Positions 39,725 to 49,865 of a DNA stretch of 64,000 nucleotides are shown here, piece by piece (the stretch's first letter is position 1; each line of letters opens with the position of its first letter). Position numbers and translations under genes: made by a program. The stretch is from positions 86,555 through 150,554 of the forward strand of contig JANLSU010000073.1 in NCBI GenBank assembly GCA_031362565.1. The letters run 5' to 3'. The notes below the pieces were generated by a model. The model was given only the letters and a program-made list of their open reading frames with translations, did not search any database and was not told the DNA's origin. This stretch comes from a bacterium. GTDB lineage: Bacteria; Krumholzibacteriota; Krumholzibacteriia; G020349025.

Positions 39725-41359
39725 TCAATCCTCGGTCATGCGGGTCAGTGCGACGCCGGCGTTGACGAGCCCCGCAGGTCCGCCCTGATAGGCCAGGAAA
39801 CGGTCCTCCCAGGCGGGTTCGAACTTGGCCTTGTAGTTCCGCAGTCCCTTGTACGAGAAGAACCGGTTCAGCCGTTCGTACAACTGGTGCACGGCGCGTT
39901 CCTCGAGCGGCGCGCCCGGGCGGTCGCCAACGCCGGCGAGCGGCGCGAGCCCGAGGCTGAATCGGCGCGCGCCGCCGGCGCCGAGCCGTGTCAGCGTCTC
40001 CATGAAGAGCAGGTCCATCGTGCCGTTCGGAATCTCCACCCGGTGTCGCATGAGATCCACGGTGGCATCGCCGTGGGGCCAGCAAGGAATGATGTTGACG
40101 AACGCCAGCGCCCGCCCTTGCGCGTTGCGACAGACGTAGAGCGGCGTCGTACCGATGTAGTCGCGCGTGAACGTGCCGAGCGTGAAGCCGCGCTCGCGGC
40201 GGCCCGGCACCGTGAGCCACTCGTTCGAAATCGCCTGCACGGCGTCGATCACCGCGGTCTCGTGCGGCGGCTCATGATACGTCACGATGAGTTCGAGCGT
40301 CTTGGCGCGGTTGGCGATACGGCGAAAGGTGTTCGAGCGGCACGTCGTCGCGGCGAAAGTCGGCAAGTCGACGAGTGCTTCTTCACCGATCTTGAGCACT
40401 CCCAAACCCAATTTCTGGTACAGCGGCAAGAGCGTCGGCAGCGTTTGGTGAAACGCTACGCGCCAGCCATTGTCGGCCGAGAAACGCAGGAAGGACTGGA
40501 CGGTGGGCTCGATCTCGCCGGCGGGGCCGACCGGGTCCCCGAGCGCGATCGCAAAACCCCACGCGGCGCGATAGGCGATGACGCCCGAATCACCGGGGCC
40601 GAAGAAGAAGGACTTGTCAGGCCAGGTCTTGAAGTAGTCGAGCGACGACCGGCCATGCGCCTCGATGATGTGCCGGGCCCGTTCGCGCTCGTTGGGCAGC
40701 GTGCGCAGCCGGAAGGCCAAGGGGCGATAGAGCGAAAACACCGCGAAGCCGAGCGAAGCGACGCCCATCACCTGCAACGAATCGAGAAACCAGCGCGCAT
40801 GGCGCGTGTGCGCCACGAGGTCGGCGTTGCCCGAGAGCCCGTACCCGAGCAGCGAGCGGCGGATGGCGTCGCGCCACGCGAACTCGAGGCCGAAGTCACG
40901 CCGGTCGAGCAGCCAGAATCCGGCGGCGCCATAGGCGATGGCGGCGATCAGGCTCGCGGCCACCAGCAGGATGCCTTGCGCGATGCTACGTGGTTCACTA
41001 CGCACCGTAAAACGCCGCCGGAGCGCCAGGAGCAACACCAACGTCGCAGCGGGTGCGATCGCCAGCGTCGGGTGATGGCCACGGCCGAGGTGCGCGCCCG
41101 CTGCCACGGCGAGTGTGGCGCAGGCCAGCCACCAGGCGGCCCGCCGGCGCCGATACAAATGGTAAGACAGGTCCGCAAGCAAGAAGCCGCTGGCCAGCGT
41201 GACGTGCTTGCTCCAGTGATGTGTGCCGAACGGCAGCACGAATGAGAAGAGCGCCGGGGCGTCGTGGGCGCGGACGAAGAGCGTATGCAGGATCCCGAGC
41301 GCACCGCTAGCAAGAGTCAACAGCGCAACAAGAACGATGGCGGGATCGCGACGCTGCAT
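39725..41359 (-). CDS. Aminoacyl-phosphatidylglycerol synthase (MprF C-terminal DUF2156 domain with a short TM region)
   Basis: Motifs DKSFFF, ALGDPVG, LKIGEEA, ERGFTLG, VDLMR, GLAPL and GLRNYKAKFEPAWE. Confidence 0.88.
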   Translation of the reverse strand: MQRRDPAIVLVALLTLASGALGILHTLFVRAHDAPALFSFVLPFGTHHWSKHVTLASGFLLADLSYHLYRRRRAAWWLACATLAVAAGAHLGRGHHPTLAIAPAATLVLLLALRRRFTVRSEPRSIAQGILLVAASLIAAIAYGAAGFWLLDRRDFGLEFAWRDAIRRSLLGYGLSGNADLVAHTRHARWFLDSLQVMGVASLGFAVFSLYRPLAFRLRTLPNERERARHIIEAHGRSSLDYFKTWPDKSFFFGPGDSGVIAYRAAWGFAIALGDPVGPAGEIEPTVQSFLRFSADNGWRVAFHQTLPTLLPLYQKLGLGVLKIGEEALVDLPTFAATTCRSNTFRRIANRAKTLELIVTYHEPPHETAVIDAVQAISNEWLTVPGRRERGFTLGTFTRDYIGTTPLYVCRNAQGRALAFVNIIPCWPHGDATVDLMRHRVEIPNGTMDLLFMETLTRLGAGGARRFSLGLAPLAGVGDRPGAPLEERAVHQLYERLNRFFSYKGLRNYKAKFEPAWEDRFLAYQGGPAGLVNAGVALTRMTED

Positions 41360-41516
41360 GTTCTCACTTTCGAGGTCGCGGCACGAAGCAGCGATCGACC
41401 TCCACGCAGCTTAGTGCAGGGAGGGGGGGGCCGCCCACTGCCGCGTTTCTCACCTTCACTTCCGGTAACGATCCAGGCTAGTCTCCGGTCGAGTTTGATC
41501 CACGTAGGAGGCTGGT

Positions 41517-44057
41517 ATGCCGCGATCCGCTTCGGGTTCTGCGCTCGCGCTCGGAGTCGTGTTCGGTGTCGCAACAACGCTGCAAGCGCAACGGTTGCCC
41601 GATTATCCGCACGAATCCAACCTGCTGGTCGACACACCCGGTACGACGAGCAGCATCGCGGGCGGGCTCTTCAACCCGGCAGCGTGGGCAGCGCAGACCA
41701 CCGGCGGCCTGTTTTTCTCGTGGGAGGATGCGGCCACCTCTCTCGATCGCAACACGTGGACCGCCATCGTATCGGCGCGGCGCTTCTCTTTTGGGGTGCG
41801 GCAGTTTGGTTTTGAACCAGTCGCGAAGGACCGGTTCCGGGTCCGCGACTACACGATCGGCGTCGGTGGCGGCAGGCGGGCGCACGCTTGGGGCCTCTCG
41901 TACTCCTGGGCCGCGGGCGACATCGACCGCATGCCGCGCCATGAGCGACTGGCGCTCGGTGACGTGTACCGCTGGCGTTGGGCCTCCCTGGGAACCGTGA
42001 CCACCTGGGATTTGGAGCGCCGCGACAACCTCGGGGAAATGGATTTGGGGTTGCGGCCGTTCGGCCCGCGCCTGACGCTTTTCGCCGATGCGGTGCTCGA
42101 ACACGGCGACAGCTTCGAAGATATCCGTACCGGTTACGGGCTCGAAGTGCACCCGACGCCGGGTCTCGCAATCGCCGCCAAGATGCGCAGCACGGGCGAG
42201 GTCAGCTTGCGATTGGGACTGGCGTTCGATCGCAATTCATGGATCGGAATGCACGCCCAACTCTCCGATGGCGGTGACCGCTTGTCGTCGACATACACTG
42301 TCGAGGCGGGAGCGCCGCACGCGTTCTTGAGCGGTCTCACCCGGCAACGGCGCTATCCCGAACTCGATCTGCGCGGCCCACTCGTCTATCAGCGGTACAA
42401 GTTGTTCGACCGGCGCGCGACGCTGCTGGCGCTCTTGCGGCGCCTGGATGCGATCGGTGATGATCCGGCGGCCGGCGGCGTGTTGTTGAACCTTTCCGAT
42501 GCCGGCATTGGTGCGGAGATGGCCTGGGAGCTGCGCCAGCAGTTGGCCGGCCTGCGGGCCCGCGGCAAGAAGGTGATCGTCTACGTCGATACGCCGTCTC
42601 TGTTCCAACTCATGCTGGCCTCGGTCGCCGATCAAGTGTGGCTCGACCCCGAGGGAACGGTGGACATCCGCGGCTTGGCGGCCGGCCGCACCTACATGCG
42701 CCATGCGCTTGAAAAGGCCGGGATCGGTGTCGACGAGTGGCGGTTCTTCACCTACAAATCGGCGTTCGAGAGCTACTCGCGCGACTCCGCTTCGGAGCCG
42801 GATCGTGAACAACGCCAGGCCCTCATCGATGATTTCTATCAGGTGGTCGCGGCCTCGATCGCCTCGGCGCGCGGCATGCCGCAGTCGCAGTTCGACGCGC
42901 TCACCAACAGCAAGGGCATTCTCATGGCGGAGGAAGCGCGCGCTGCCGGGCTCGTGGATTCGCTCGGCGGGTTCGAGGCGGCGCGCAAGGCGGCGGCACG
43001 CGCTGCCCGGCGTGTGACACCGGATGCCTCGGCGGAGGTGCTTGGAGATCTGCAGGGCGATCCCATGTGGCGCGACCAAGAGTGGGGTGAGTTTCCGCAG
43101 ATCGCGGTGCTCTACGCCATCGGTCCGTGCGCCATGGACGAAGGCATTCGCGGCCGGGAGCTTTCGAAGGCGATACATGCCGCGGCTGCCGACCGCCACG
43201 TCAAGGCGATCGTGTTGCGTGCCGATTCACCCGGCGGTGCGATTCTCCCGAGTGACCTGGTGGCGCGCGAGATGCAAGCCGCCAAACGCAAGAAGCCCGT
43301 ATTGGTGTCGCAAGGCCGCGTCGCGGCTTCCGGCGGCTACTGGATTTCGATGAACGCCGATACCATCGTTGCATCGCCGCTCACCATCACCGGTTCGATC
43401 GGTGTCATCGGCGGTTGGCTCTGGAACAAGACTTTCGGCGACAAGATCGGCTTCGACTACGACGGTGTGAAGCGGGGCGAACACGCCGACTTGGAACTGG
43501 GGATCACGCTGCCGCTCGTCGGCGAGATGATTCCGGATCGGGCGCTCACCGCCGAAGAGCGCGATCGCATCGAGCAATCGATCCGCATCGAATACCGGGA
43601 TTTCGTCGCCAAAGTTGCGGCGGCCCGCCGCCTTCCCGAAAGCACCGTCGATGGCATTGGGCAGGGGCGCGTGTGGAGCGGGACGCGCGGGCACGAGAAT
43701 GGACTCGTCGACGAGATCGGTGGGCTGTGGACGACGCTCCGCCTCGCCAAACAAGCTGCCAAGATTCCCGCCGGCCGGCCGGTGCAATTCATGACCGGCC
43801 CCAGCCCGGGTTTGGTTGATCTGAGCGGCTGGCGGCCGCGCCTCATCGGCGCGCTCGCGGGCGACACCGCCGGTGCGCCGCACGCAATCCGTTCCGAAGA
43901 GAGTGACGCCGTGCGTGGCGGCTCGACCCCGACGCTGGGCGGCGTGCCTCTCAGCGTCGCGGAATGCGACTTCCTGCGCCAAATTCTGCACGCCAACGGC
44001 CAACCGCTGGTACTCGTGGATCCGATCGAAGTGCAGGACGGCGCGCACGATCGTTGA
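41517..44057 (+). CDS. sppA: Signal peptide peptidase SppA (S49, tandem domains) with an N-terminal beta-rich extension
   Basis: Motifs YKSAFE, LRADSPGG, AASGGYW, TITGSIGV, GQGRVWSG and GLVDEIGG. Confidence 0.85.
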   Translation: MPRSASGSALALGVVFGVATTLQAQRLPDYPHESNLLVDTPGTTSSIAGGLFNPAAWAAQTTGGLFFSWEDAATSLDRNTWTAIVSARRFSFGVRQFGFEPVAKDRFRVRDYTIGVGGGRRAHAWGLSYSWAAGDIDRMPRHERLALGDVYRWRWASLGTVTTWDLERRDNLGEMDLGLRPFGPRLTLFADAVLEHGDSFEDIRTGYGLEVHPTPGLAIAAKMRSTGEVSLRLGLAFDRNSWIGMHAQLSDGGDRLSSTYTVEAGAPHAFLSGLTRQRRYPELDLRGPLVYQRYKLFDRRATLLALLRRLDAIGDDPAAGGVLLNLSDAGIGAEMAWELRQQLAGLRARGKKVIVYVDTPSLFQLMLASVADQVWLDPEGTVDIRGLAAGRTYMRHALEKAGIGVDEWRFFTYKSAFESYSRDSASEPDREQRQALIDDFYQVVAASIASARGMPQSQFDALTNSKGILMAEEARAAGLVDSLGGFEAARKAAARAARRVTPDASAEVLGDLQGDPMWRDQEWGEFPQIAVLYAIGPCAMDEGIRGRELSKAIHAAAADRHVKAIVLRADSPGGAILPSDLVAREMQAAKRKKPVLVSQGRVAASGGYWISMNADTIVASPLTITGSIGVIGGWLWNKTFGDKIGFDYDGVKRGEHADLELGITLPLVGEMIPDRALTAEERDRIEQSIRIEYRDFVAKVAAARRLPESTVDGIGQGRVWSGTRGHENGLVDEIGGLWTTLRLAKQAAKIPAGRPVQFMTGPSPGLVDLSGWRPRLIGALAGDTAGAPHAIRSEESDAVRGGSTPTLGGVPLSVAECDFLRQILHANGQPLVLVDPIEVQDGAHDR

Positions 44058-44066
44058 CGAACGCGT

Positions 44067-44951
44067 TCAGGGTTTCGGTGGCGGTGCGGAGTCGGCCGGC
44101 GCGGTGCTGGGTGGTGCCGCGGGCGGGGTCGCGCTGGATTCCGCCGGCGCCGGCGCTGGCGGCACCGGAGTTGGTGTTGGAGCAGGCGGCGTTGGTGCCG
44201 GAGCCGGCTTGGGCGCGGGTTTTTTCGGCGCCGGGGTTGCGGCCGGTGCCTTCGCTGTCGAGTCGTGTACCGCCGCCGTCGCGGCGGGTGGCTCCCCACC
44301 GGGAGAATTCGCGGCCGCCGCCGATGCAGCGGCGGCATCCGCGGTGCCGCGCACCGCGAGACTCTCAGCGGCTGCATCCTTGGGCATTTCGCGCATCCCG
44401 ATTTCGATCTGCGCGTGCGTGATTTCGGAGAACGGGGACTTCTCAATGATGAATTTCGTGCCGTTTTGCTGCATGGAGGGCAGGAGCACGGCGCGGCCGC
44501 GCAGTGGCCCATCGTTCATGACGTCGACGTAGAATTGCCGGAACCACTCGCTCGCCTGCGACGCCGAAACCTGCGGGTCTGCAACGCGCGCATATTCCGT
44601 CCACAAGCGTTCGACAAGCGCCGGGACGCTGGCTCCGGGCGGCAGTGGGACGGCAAGCAGGTGCACGCCGGCAATCGGGGTGGCACCGTGCAAACGGCTG
44701 AATTCCGCGTAGCGATTCGCGGCGGCCGACGAGTCCGCCACGAAAGCGTCGCGTTCGCGCTGCTTCGCCGCCGCACGCTCGGCGTCTGCCCGGCGGGTCG
44801 CGGCGACTTTGGACTCGGCGATGGCCTTGGCGCGCATGAAGCCCGCCGTGCCCGCGAACGCACCGACGATGACCACGCCGACGATCAGCATGCGGAGCAC
44901 GCGGCGGCGGTACCGTTCCTCGCGTTCCAGCCAGTCCAATTCGAGGCCCAT
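44067..44951 (-). CDS. Hypothetical membrane-anchored protein with a Pro/Ala-rich C-terminal tail
   Basis: Single N-terminal TM (MLIVGVVIVGAFAG), coiled segment and low-complexity tail. Confidence 0.65.
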   Translation of the reverse strand: MGLELDWLEREERYRRRVLRMLIVGVVIVGAFAGTAGFMRAKAIAESKVAATRRADAERAAAKQRERDAFVADSSAAANRYAEFSRLHGATPIAGVHLLAVPLPPGASVPALVERLWTEYARVADPQVSASQASEWFRQFYVDVMNDGPLRGRAVLLPSMQQNGTKFIIEKSPFSEITHAQIEIGMREMPKDAAAESLAVRGTADAAAASAAAANSPGGEPPAATAAVHDSTAKAPAATPAPKKPAPKPAPAPTPPAPTPTPVPPAPAPAESSATPPAAPPSTAPADSAPPPKP

Positions 44952-45120
44952 GCCACGCTCCGCAAGGGTTCGTGAGAGTCTGCCACGTGGGTCGAGACGA
45001 CCAGTGAAGTCAGGGCAGGATAACGTCGGGGCCCAGGGCCGTCAAGGAGCCGAACCCGCAGACCCGCGTCCGGACAGGGGTTGCGGCTCCGGAGGCGCCC
45101 GGCCTAGAGTCGCGTCCACC

Positions 45121-46299
45121 ATGGTTGATTCAACCGGCGCGAGCCCGGCCGCCGAGAGCTTGGCGTTGCGTGACGCGCTGGGGCGATTTCCAACCCGGCG
45201 CGCCTGGCTCGAGTCCGCAGCGGGGCCGGAGTTGGCAGCGCGGCTCGCGGCGCATTTGGCGCCGGTGCGATGTTTCTCTCCGGCGCTGGATCCGTTGCTG
45301 CAGCGGGACCGCAACGCGTCCGCGGCGGCCCTGCACGTCGTGCACTGGAACGTGCTGCACGGAGTGCGATTTACTGCCATCTCGGATGCGCTGCAACAGG
45401 CGCCGGAGTTGGCGCGCGCCGATCTTGTTTCGCTCAATGAAGTCGACGTCGGACTGGCGCGCTCGGGATCGCGTCCGGTCGCCTTCGATCTCGCGGCGCG
45501 TTTGGGATTGCACGCGGCGTGGGCGGCGCAGTTCCTGGAACTCGAAGGCGGCGCGCGCCCCGGCACCATGGCGGCGCCCGAACCCGGTGAGTGCTGGTTC
45601 GGGCTCGCCCTTCTGTCGCGATTTCCGATTGTGGCGGCGCGGCGCATCGAATTGCCTTCGCCCGCCGGCTTACTCTTCGATCGCGAACGCAAAGCGGGCG
45701 CCTTCGTGGCGCTCGTGGCGCGCATCGAGCATCCGGTCCGGCCGTTCACTGCCGTCGTAACCCACTTGGATGTGCACGGGGCGCCGGCAACGCGCGCGGC
45801 GCAAATGCGTGCCTTGCTCGAAAACGTGCCGCCGGGTGCCGCCCTTCTCGCCGGCGACTTCAACACGACGACGTTCGCCCGTGGTGCGCCGTTGCGGTCG
45901 ATGGCGACGCTCGCAACCCTGGCCGCGAGCCCGCGTGCGCACTTACGAGACAGGCTGTTGCGTCCGTACGAGCCGCGCGCCCGGCCCCGCGAACCTCTCT
46001 TCGAGGTTCTTCGGCAGCAGCAGTTCGAGTTCGAAGCCTTCAATGACGCGGCCGTGACGCTCGACCTGCACTTCGCCGACGTGCACGAACTCGCAGCGTT
46101 GCCGGCATCTCTGCAGCGCGCCGCCTTGCGGGCGCTCGGCTGGGTCGAGCGCCGCAACGGCATGCGCCTCGATTGGATTACCGCGCGCGGCTTCGTGCCG
46201 GACGCCGCACGGCCGCCTTGCGCCGTCCCGTCCCTGATGCGCGGCGCGGGCGCGGCTTCGGATCACGCGCCGATCGCGTGCGGCTTGCGTTTTGTTTGA
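45121..46299 (+). CDS. Endonuclease/exonuclease/phosphatase family protein
   Basis: Motifs HWNV, LNEVD, THLD, AGDFNT, LDWI and SDHAP. Confidence 0.85.
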   Translation: MVDSTGASPAAESLALRDALGRFPTRRAWLESAAGPELAARLAAHLAPVRCFSPALDPLLQRDRNASAAALHVVHWNVLHGVRFTAISDALQQAPELARADLVSLNEVDVGLARSGSRPVAFDLAARLGLHAAWAAQFLELEGGARPGTMAAPEPGECWFGLALLSRFPIVAARRIELPSPAGLLFDRERKAGAFVALVARIEHPVRPFTAVVTHLDVHGAPATRAAQMRALLENVPPGAALLAGDFNTTTFARGAPLRSMATLATLAASPRAHLRDRLLRPYEPRARPREPLFEVLRQQQFEFEAFNDAAVTLDLHFADVHELAALPASLQRAALRALGWVERRNGMRLDWITARGFVPDAARPPCAVPSLMRGAGAASDHAPIACGLRFV

Positions 46300-46621
46300 C
46301 GCGCGGCGCGGGCGCTCGCGGCACCCATCCGGACTGTACGAGATCGACATGGCGGCCACGAAACGCGACGCCCTCCGATTTCAACAGGGTTCGCTGCGCG
46401 GTGGCCGCGCCGTCGATATCCGGCAACGCGATGCGCCCGCCGGCAGCGACGACGCGATGCCAGGGCACGTCACTCGCATGCGGCAGTGCGTGCAACGCAT
46501 AACCCGCCAAGCGGGGCTGGATCGGAAAGCCGGCGATCGCCGCGACCTGCCCGTAGGTCGCGACCCGGCCGCGCGGAATACGGCGCACGACACGCCAAAT
46601 GCGTTCGTAGGTCTCGGACAT
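46178..46621 (-). CDS. Alkyltransferase-like (ATL, MGMT-family) DNA-binding protein
   Basis: IPRGRVATYGQVA and VPWHRVV (Trp in place of the catalytic Cys). Confidence 0.88.
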   Translation of the reverse strand: MSETYERIWRVVRRIPRGRVATYGQVAAIAGFPIQPRLAGYALHALPHASDVPWHRVVAAGGRIALPDIDGAATAQRTLLKSEGVAFRGRHVDLVQSGWVPRAPAPRVKQNASRTRSARDPKPRPRRASGTGRRKAAVRRPARSRAR

Positions 46622-46685
46622 GCGGCAATGCTAGCATGGCGGCGCCACGATCGATGCGTAGATCGAGACTGAGAAGGGGACCTCG

Positions 46686-47474
46686 ATGGCCGTGTTCTGG
46701 GTCGCACTTGCCGCGGGTGCGACGGCGATTCTGACCCTCTTCTCGGGTTTCGGACTCGGGACATTGCTCTTACCCGTGTTCGCGATCTTCTTTCCGCTGG
46801 AAATCGCCGTGGCCGCGACCGCGGTCGTGCATCTCGCCAACAACATCTTCAAACTGTTCCTCTTGGGCCGCTACGCGCGCCGCGACATCGTGCTGCGTTT
46901 CGGATTGCCGGCGGCGGGCGCCGCGTTCGTGGGTGCCTACACCCTCGATCGCCTGGCGCATCTGGTGCCGGTCACGACCTATGTTCTCGGCGGCCGGCCC
47001 CACGCCATTACCCCCGTCGGGCTCGCGCTGGGCGTGCTCATCGCGGTGTTCGCGATACTCGATCTCGTACCCGAACGCCAAACGTCCGCCATCGCACCAC
47101 GGCGTTTGTGGATCGGCGGGTTGTTGTCGGGTTTCTTCGGGGGCCTTTCCGGACACCAGGGAGCGTTGCGCGCCGCGTTTCTGTCGCGGTCCGGATTGAG
47201 TCGCGATGCATTCTTGGGTTCGAGTGTAACGTGCGCCGTTCTGGTCGACGTGGCACGGCTCTCGGTCTATGGCGTGGGCTTTTTCGGCCATCGCTTTGAC
47301 GCGCTCGTGAGTGGCGACGGACGCCGTCTGGTGATCGTCGCGGCACTGGCCGCTTTCGCCGGATCATTCGTGGGAGCGCGTTTGGTGCGCAAGGTGACGC
47401 TGCGTGTCCTGCAGCGCTGCGTGGCGGTGGGCCTGCTGGTGCTCGCCGTGGCGATCGGGTCGGGGCTCGTCTGA
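46686..47474 (+). CDS. TSUP/TauE-SafE family membrane transporter
   Basis: Motifs SGFGLG, VHLANN and GFFGGLSGHQGALR; about 8 TMs. Confidence 0.85.
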   Translation: MAVFWVALAAGATAILTLFSGFGLGTLLLPVFAIFFPLEIAVAATAVVHLANNIFKLFLLGRYARRDIVLRFGLPAAGAAFVGAYTLDRLAHLVPVTTYVLGGRPHAITPVGLALGVLIAVFAILDLVPERQTSAIAPRRLWIGGLLSGFFGGLSGHQGALRAAFLSRSGLSRDAFLGSSVTCAVLVDVARLSVYGVGFFGHRFDALVSGDGRRLVIVAALAAFAGSFVGARLVRKVTLRVLQRCVAVGLLVLAVAIGSGLV

Positions 47475-47542
47475 AGCGCCCTTGGCGCCGTGGTATGCTG
47501 AGCGTGGTTGGTTGGCGCCCGGTCGCAAAAAGGAGCTTGCCG

Positions 47543-48643
47543 GTGACGAAGCGCTCGATCTGCATCAGTTCATTTGTGCTGTTGGTGGCCACCGCCGGTG
47601 CGGGCACAAGCGCCGGTGGTCCGCAGCCCGTATCACTCGCTCTGCAGGCGTTCGACGCGATGGCACACGGCCGCGCCTTGACGCGCCAATTCATGGCCGG
47701 CGACCTCGATTCGTTGCAGGGCAGTTTCAACCCTCAGATGAGCGGCCTGATGCGGCCGCGGCAAATGCAGACGTTCTATGACCAAGTGACGCAGCAGCTC
47801 GGCGCGCTCACCAACTTGCTCGACGAGCGGGTCGTCCAGCGCGACAGCATGCAGACGTATACGCGCCTCGGGTTGTACGTGAATGCGCCTTTGACCACCG
47901 AAACGACATGGACTTTCGACCCGCGCGGCAAGGTCGCCGGCTTCTCCATCCGGCCCGCCACGTCCGCAGCGCCGACCCGTTTTCTCGAATATCAGACGCG
48001 AACCGCGCTGCGCTTGCCTTTCGAGGGCGCCTGGTGGGTCTTCTGGGGCGGCCGCATCTTGATCGAAAACCTGCACATCACGGCTCCCGATCAGCGCTTC
48101 GCGACCGATCTCGTCATGCGCCAGGGCGAGGCGTCGCATGCCGGCGAGGGCAATGTGAACACGGACTATTACTGCTTTGGCCGGCCGGTGCTGGCGCCCG
48201 GCGACGGCACCGTTGTCGCGGTGCTCGACACCGTGACGGACAACACTCCGGGTGTCATGAATCGTCAGCAGCCGCTCGGCAACTACGTGATCCTCGACCA
48301 CGGCCACCGCGAGTTCTCGTTCCTGTGCCATTTCCAGAAGAACAGCGTGCAAGTGCAGCCGGGCCAGACCGTGCACGCCGGTCAGGTCCTGGCCTCGTGC
48401 GGCAATTCGGGGAACTCGAGCGAACCACACGTGCACTACCACATGCAGAACACGGCTGTGCCGTTCAAGGGCGAAGGCTTGCCGGCGCAGTTCCTGCACT
48501 ACAGCGCCAACGGCGAAACGGTCGAACGCGGTGAACCGAAACAGGGTCAGACCGTCGCTCCGCTCGCTCCGCCGCCGGCAGCACCCATGAAAAAAGCCGT
48601 CAAGAAGGGCGCCGCCGCCAAGACGGGGAAGGCCGCAAAGTGA
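47543..48643 (+). CDS. Exported M23 family metallopeptidase with an N-terminal DUF3887-like domain
   Basis: QRFATD, GNYVILDH, HFQ and CGNSGNSSEPHVH; AAGGAG SD before GTG 47543. Confidence 0.82.
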   Translation: MTKRSICISSFVLLVATAGAGTSAGGPQPVSLALQAFDAMAHGRALTRQFMAGDLDSLQGSFNPQMSGLMRPRQMQTFYDQVTQQLGALTNLLDERVVQRDSMQTYTRLGLYVNAPLTTETTWTFDPRGKVAGFSIRPATSAAPTRFLEYQTRTALRLPFEGAWWVFWGGRILIENLHITAPDQRFATDLVMRQGEASHAGEGNVNTDYYCFGRPVLAPGDGTVVAVLDTVTDNTPGVMNRQQPLGNYVILDHGHREFSFLCHFQKNSVQVQPGQTVHAGQVLASCGNSGNSSEPHVHYHMQNTAVPFKGEGLPAQFLHYSANGETVERGEPKQGQTVAPLAPPPAAPMKKAVKKGAAAKTGKAAK

Positions 48644-49713
48644 GTTTCGACCCAAACGCCGCCGCCGCCGGGGACGGAGCCTTTGGCTTGCCGCACACGC
48701 CCGACGAGGCGCGCGTCGTCCTCGTCCCGGTGCCGTTCGAGGCGACAACGTCGTACGGCAGCGGTACGGCGCACGGCCCGCGCGCCATCCTCGCGGCCAG
48801 CCGCCAAGTCGATCTTTACGACCACGAGACGGGTACGCCGTACGAAGCGGGCATCGCGATGCTCCCCGAGTCCGCCTCGATCAGGACGTGGAGCGAGGAG
48901 GGCGGGTCGCTGGCGCGCGAGTTCCGCGTCCTGCGCGACGCCAATGACGCTGCGGCGCGGCATCCGGGCCGCGACATGATGGAAGCGCAGTCGCTACAAG
49001 CGCGCGTCAACGGACTCTGCGGACAATTGAATGCGGCTCTGCAGGCTCAGGTGGGAGCGTTGCTCGGACGCGGCAAGATCGTCGGCACGGTGGGCGGCGA
49101 CCACGGCGCCGTGTTCGGGGCGATCGCCGCGCATGCAGAACAATTCCCGGGTCTTGGCATTCTGCATTTCGATGCCCACGCCGACCTGCGGCACGAGTAT
49201 GAAGGGTTCACGTGGTCGCATGCGTCGATCATGAACAACGTCGTCCGCCGCTTGCCGGGCGTGGCGCGTCTGGTCCAAGTTGGGATTCGCGATTTCTGTG
49301 CCGAAGAGCGGGACTTGGTGCGCGACTCGGGCGGCCGCATCCGGTCGTTCTATGACGCCGACATGGCGCGCGCCCGGTTCGCGGGTGCGACGTTCAAGAG
49401 CCAGGTCGAGGCGATCGTCGCCGAATTGCCCGCCCAGGTGTATGTATCGTTCGACGTCGACGGTCTCGACCCGGCGCTGTGTCCCAATACCGGCACGCCC
49501 GTGCCCGGCGGGCTGTCGTTCCAGGAAGCTTCCTACGTGCTGGGCGCGGTCGCGACTTCCGGCCGGCGCATCATCGGTTTCGATCTCGTCGAAGTCGCAC
49601 CTGACGCCGCGGGCGGCGAGTGGGATGCGAACGTCGGCGCCCGCCTCCTCTACAAACTCATCGGCTGGACGCTCGTCTCACAGGCTCCTGGCAACACCGC
49701 GACCGCGGGCTGA
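48640..49713 (+). CDS. speB: Agmatinase / ureohydrolase family protein
   Basis: Motifs GGDHG, FDAHADL, SHAS, SFDVDGLDP and TGTPVPGG; GTGA overlap. Confidence 0.85.
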   Translation: MSFDPNAAAAGDGAFGLPHTPDEARVVLVPVPFEATTSYGSGTAHGPRAILAASRQVDLYDHETGTPYEAGIAMLPESASIRTWSEEGGSLAREFRVLRDANDAAARHPGRDMMEAQSLQARVNGLCGQLNAALQAQVGALLGRGKIVGTVGGDHGAVFGAIAAHAEQFPGLGILHFDAHADLRHEYEGFTWSHASIMNNVVRRLPGVARLVQVGIRDFCAEERDLVRDSGGRIRSFYDADMARARFAGATFKSQVEAIVAELPAQVYVSFDVDGLDPALCPNTGTPVPGGLSFQEASYVLGAVATSGRRIIGFDLVEVAPDAAGGEWDANVGARLLYKLIGWTLVSQAPGNTATAG

Positions 49714-49865
49714 TTCTTGCCTGCCGCCCTGGCGCGGCAGCGCAATCACTCCGAGCTTTGAAGTAAAGCATCCCCTGGAGGAGCGTCACCGGTCCCGGTG
49801 CCCCGGCGAGCCATGCGACGGTCGCGCTGCTGGGCGCAATTGTCCTCGTCGGTACCTCGCGTCTG

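Noticed and set aside
46178..46299. 122-bp convergent overlap of the ATL and EEP genes as a functional feature
   Set aside because: The ATL tail in the overlap is low-complexity Arg-rich run-on, typical of GC-rich genomes.
31715..47474. Sulfide-detox module from the MBL-rhodanese and the TauE transporter
   Set aside because: They are 13 kb apart with unrelated genes between them, so there is no evidence of linkage.
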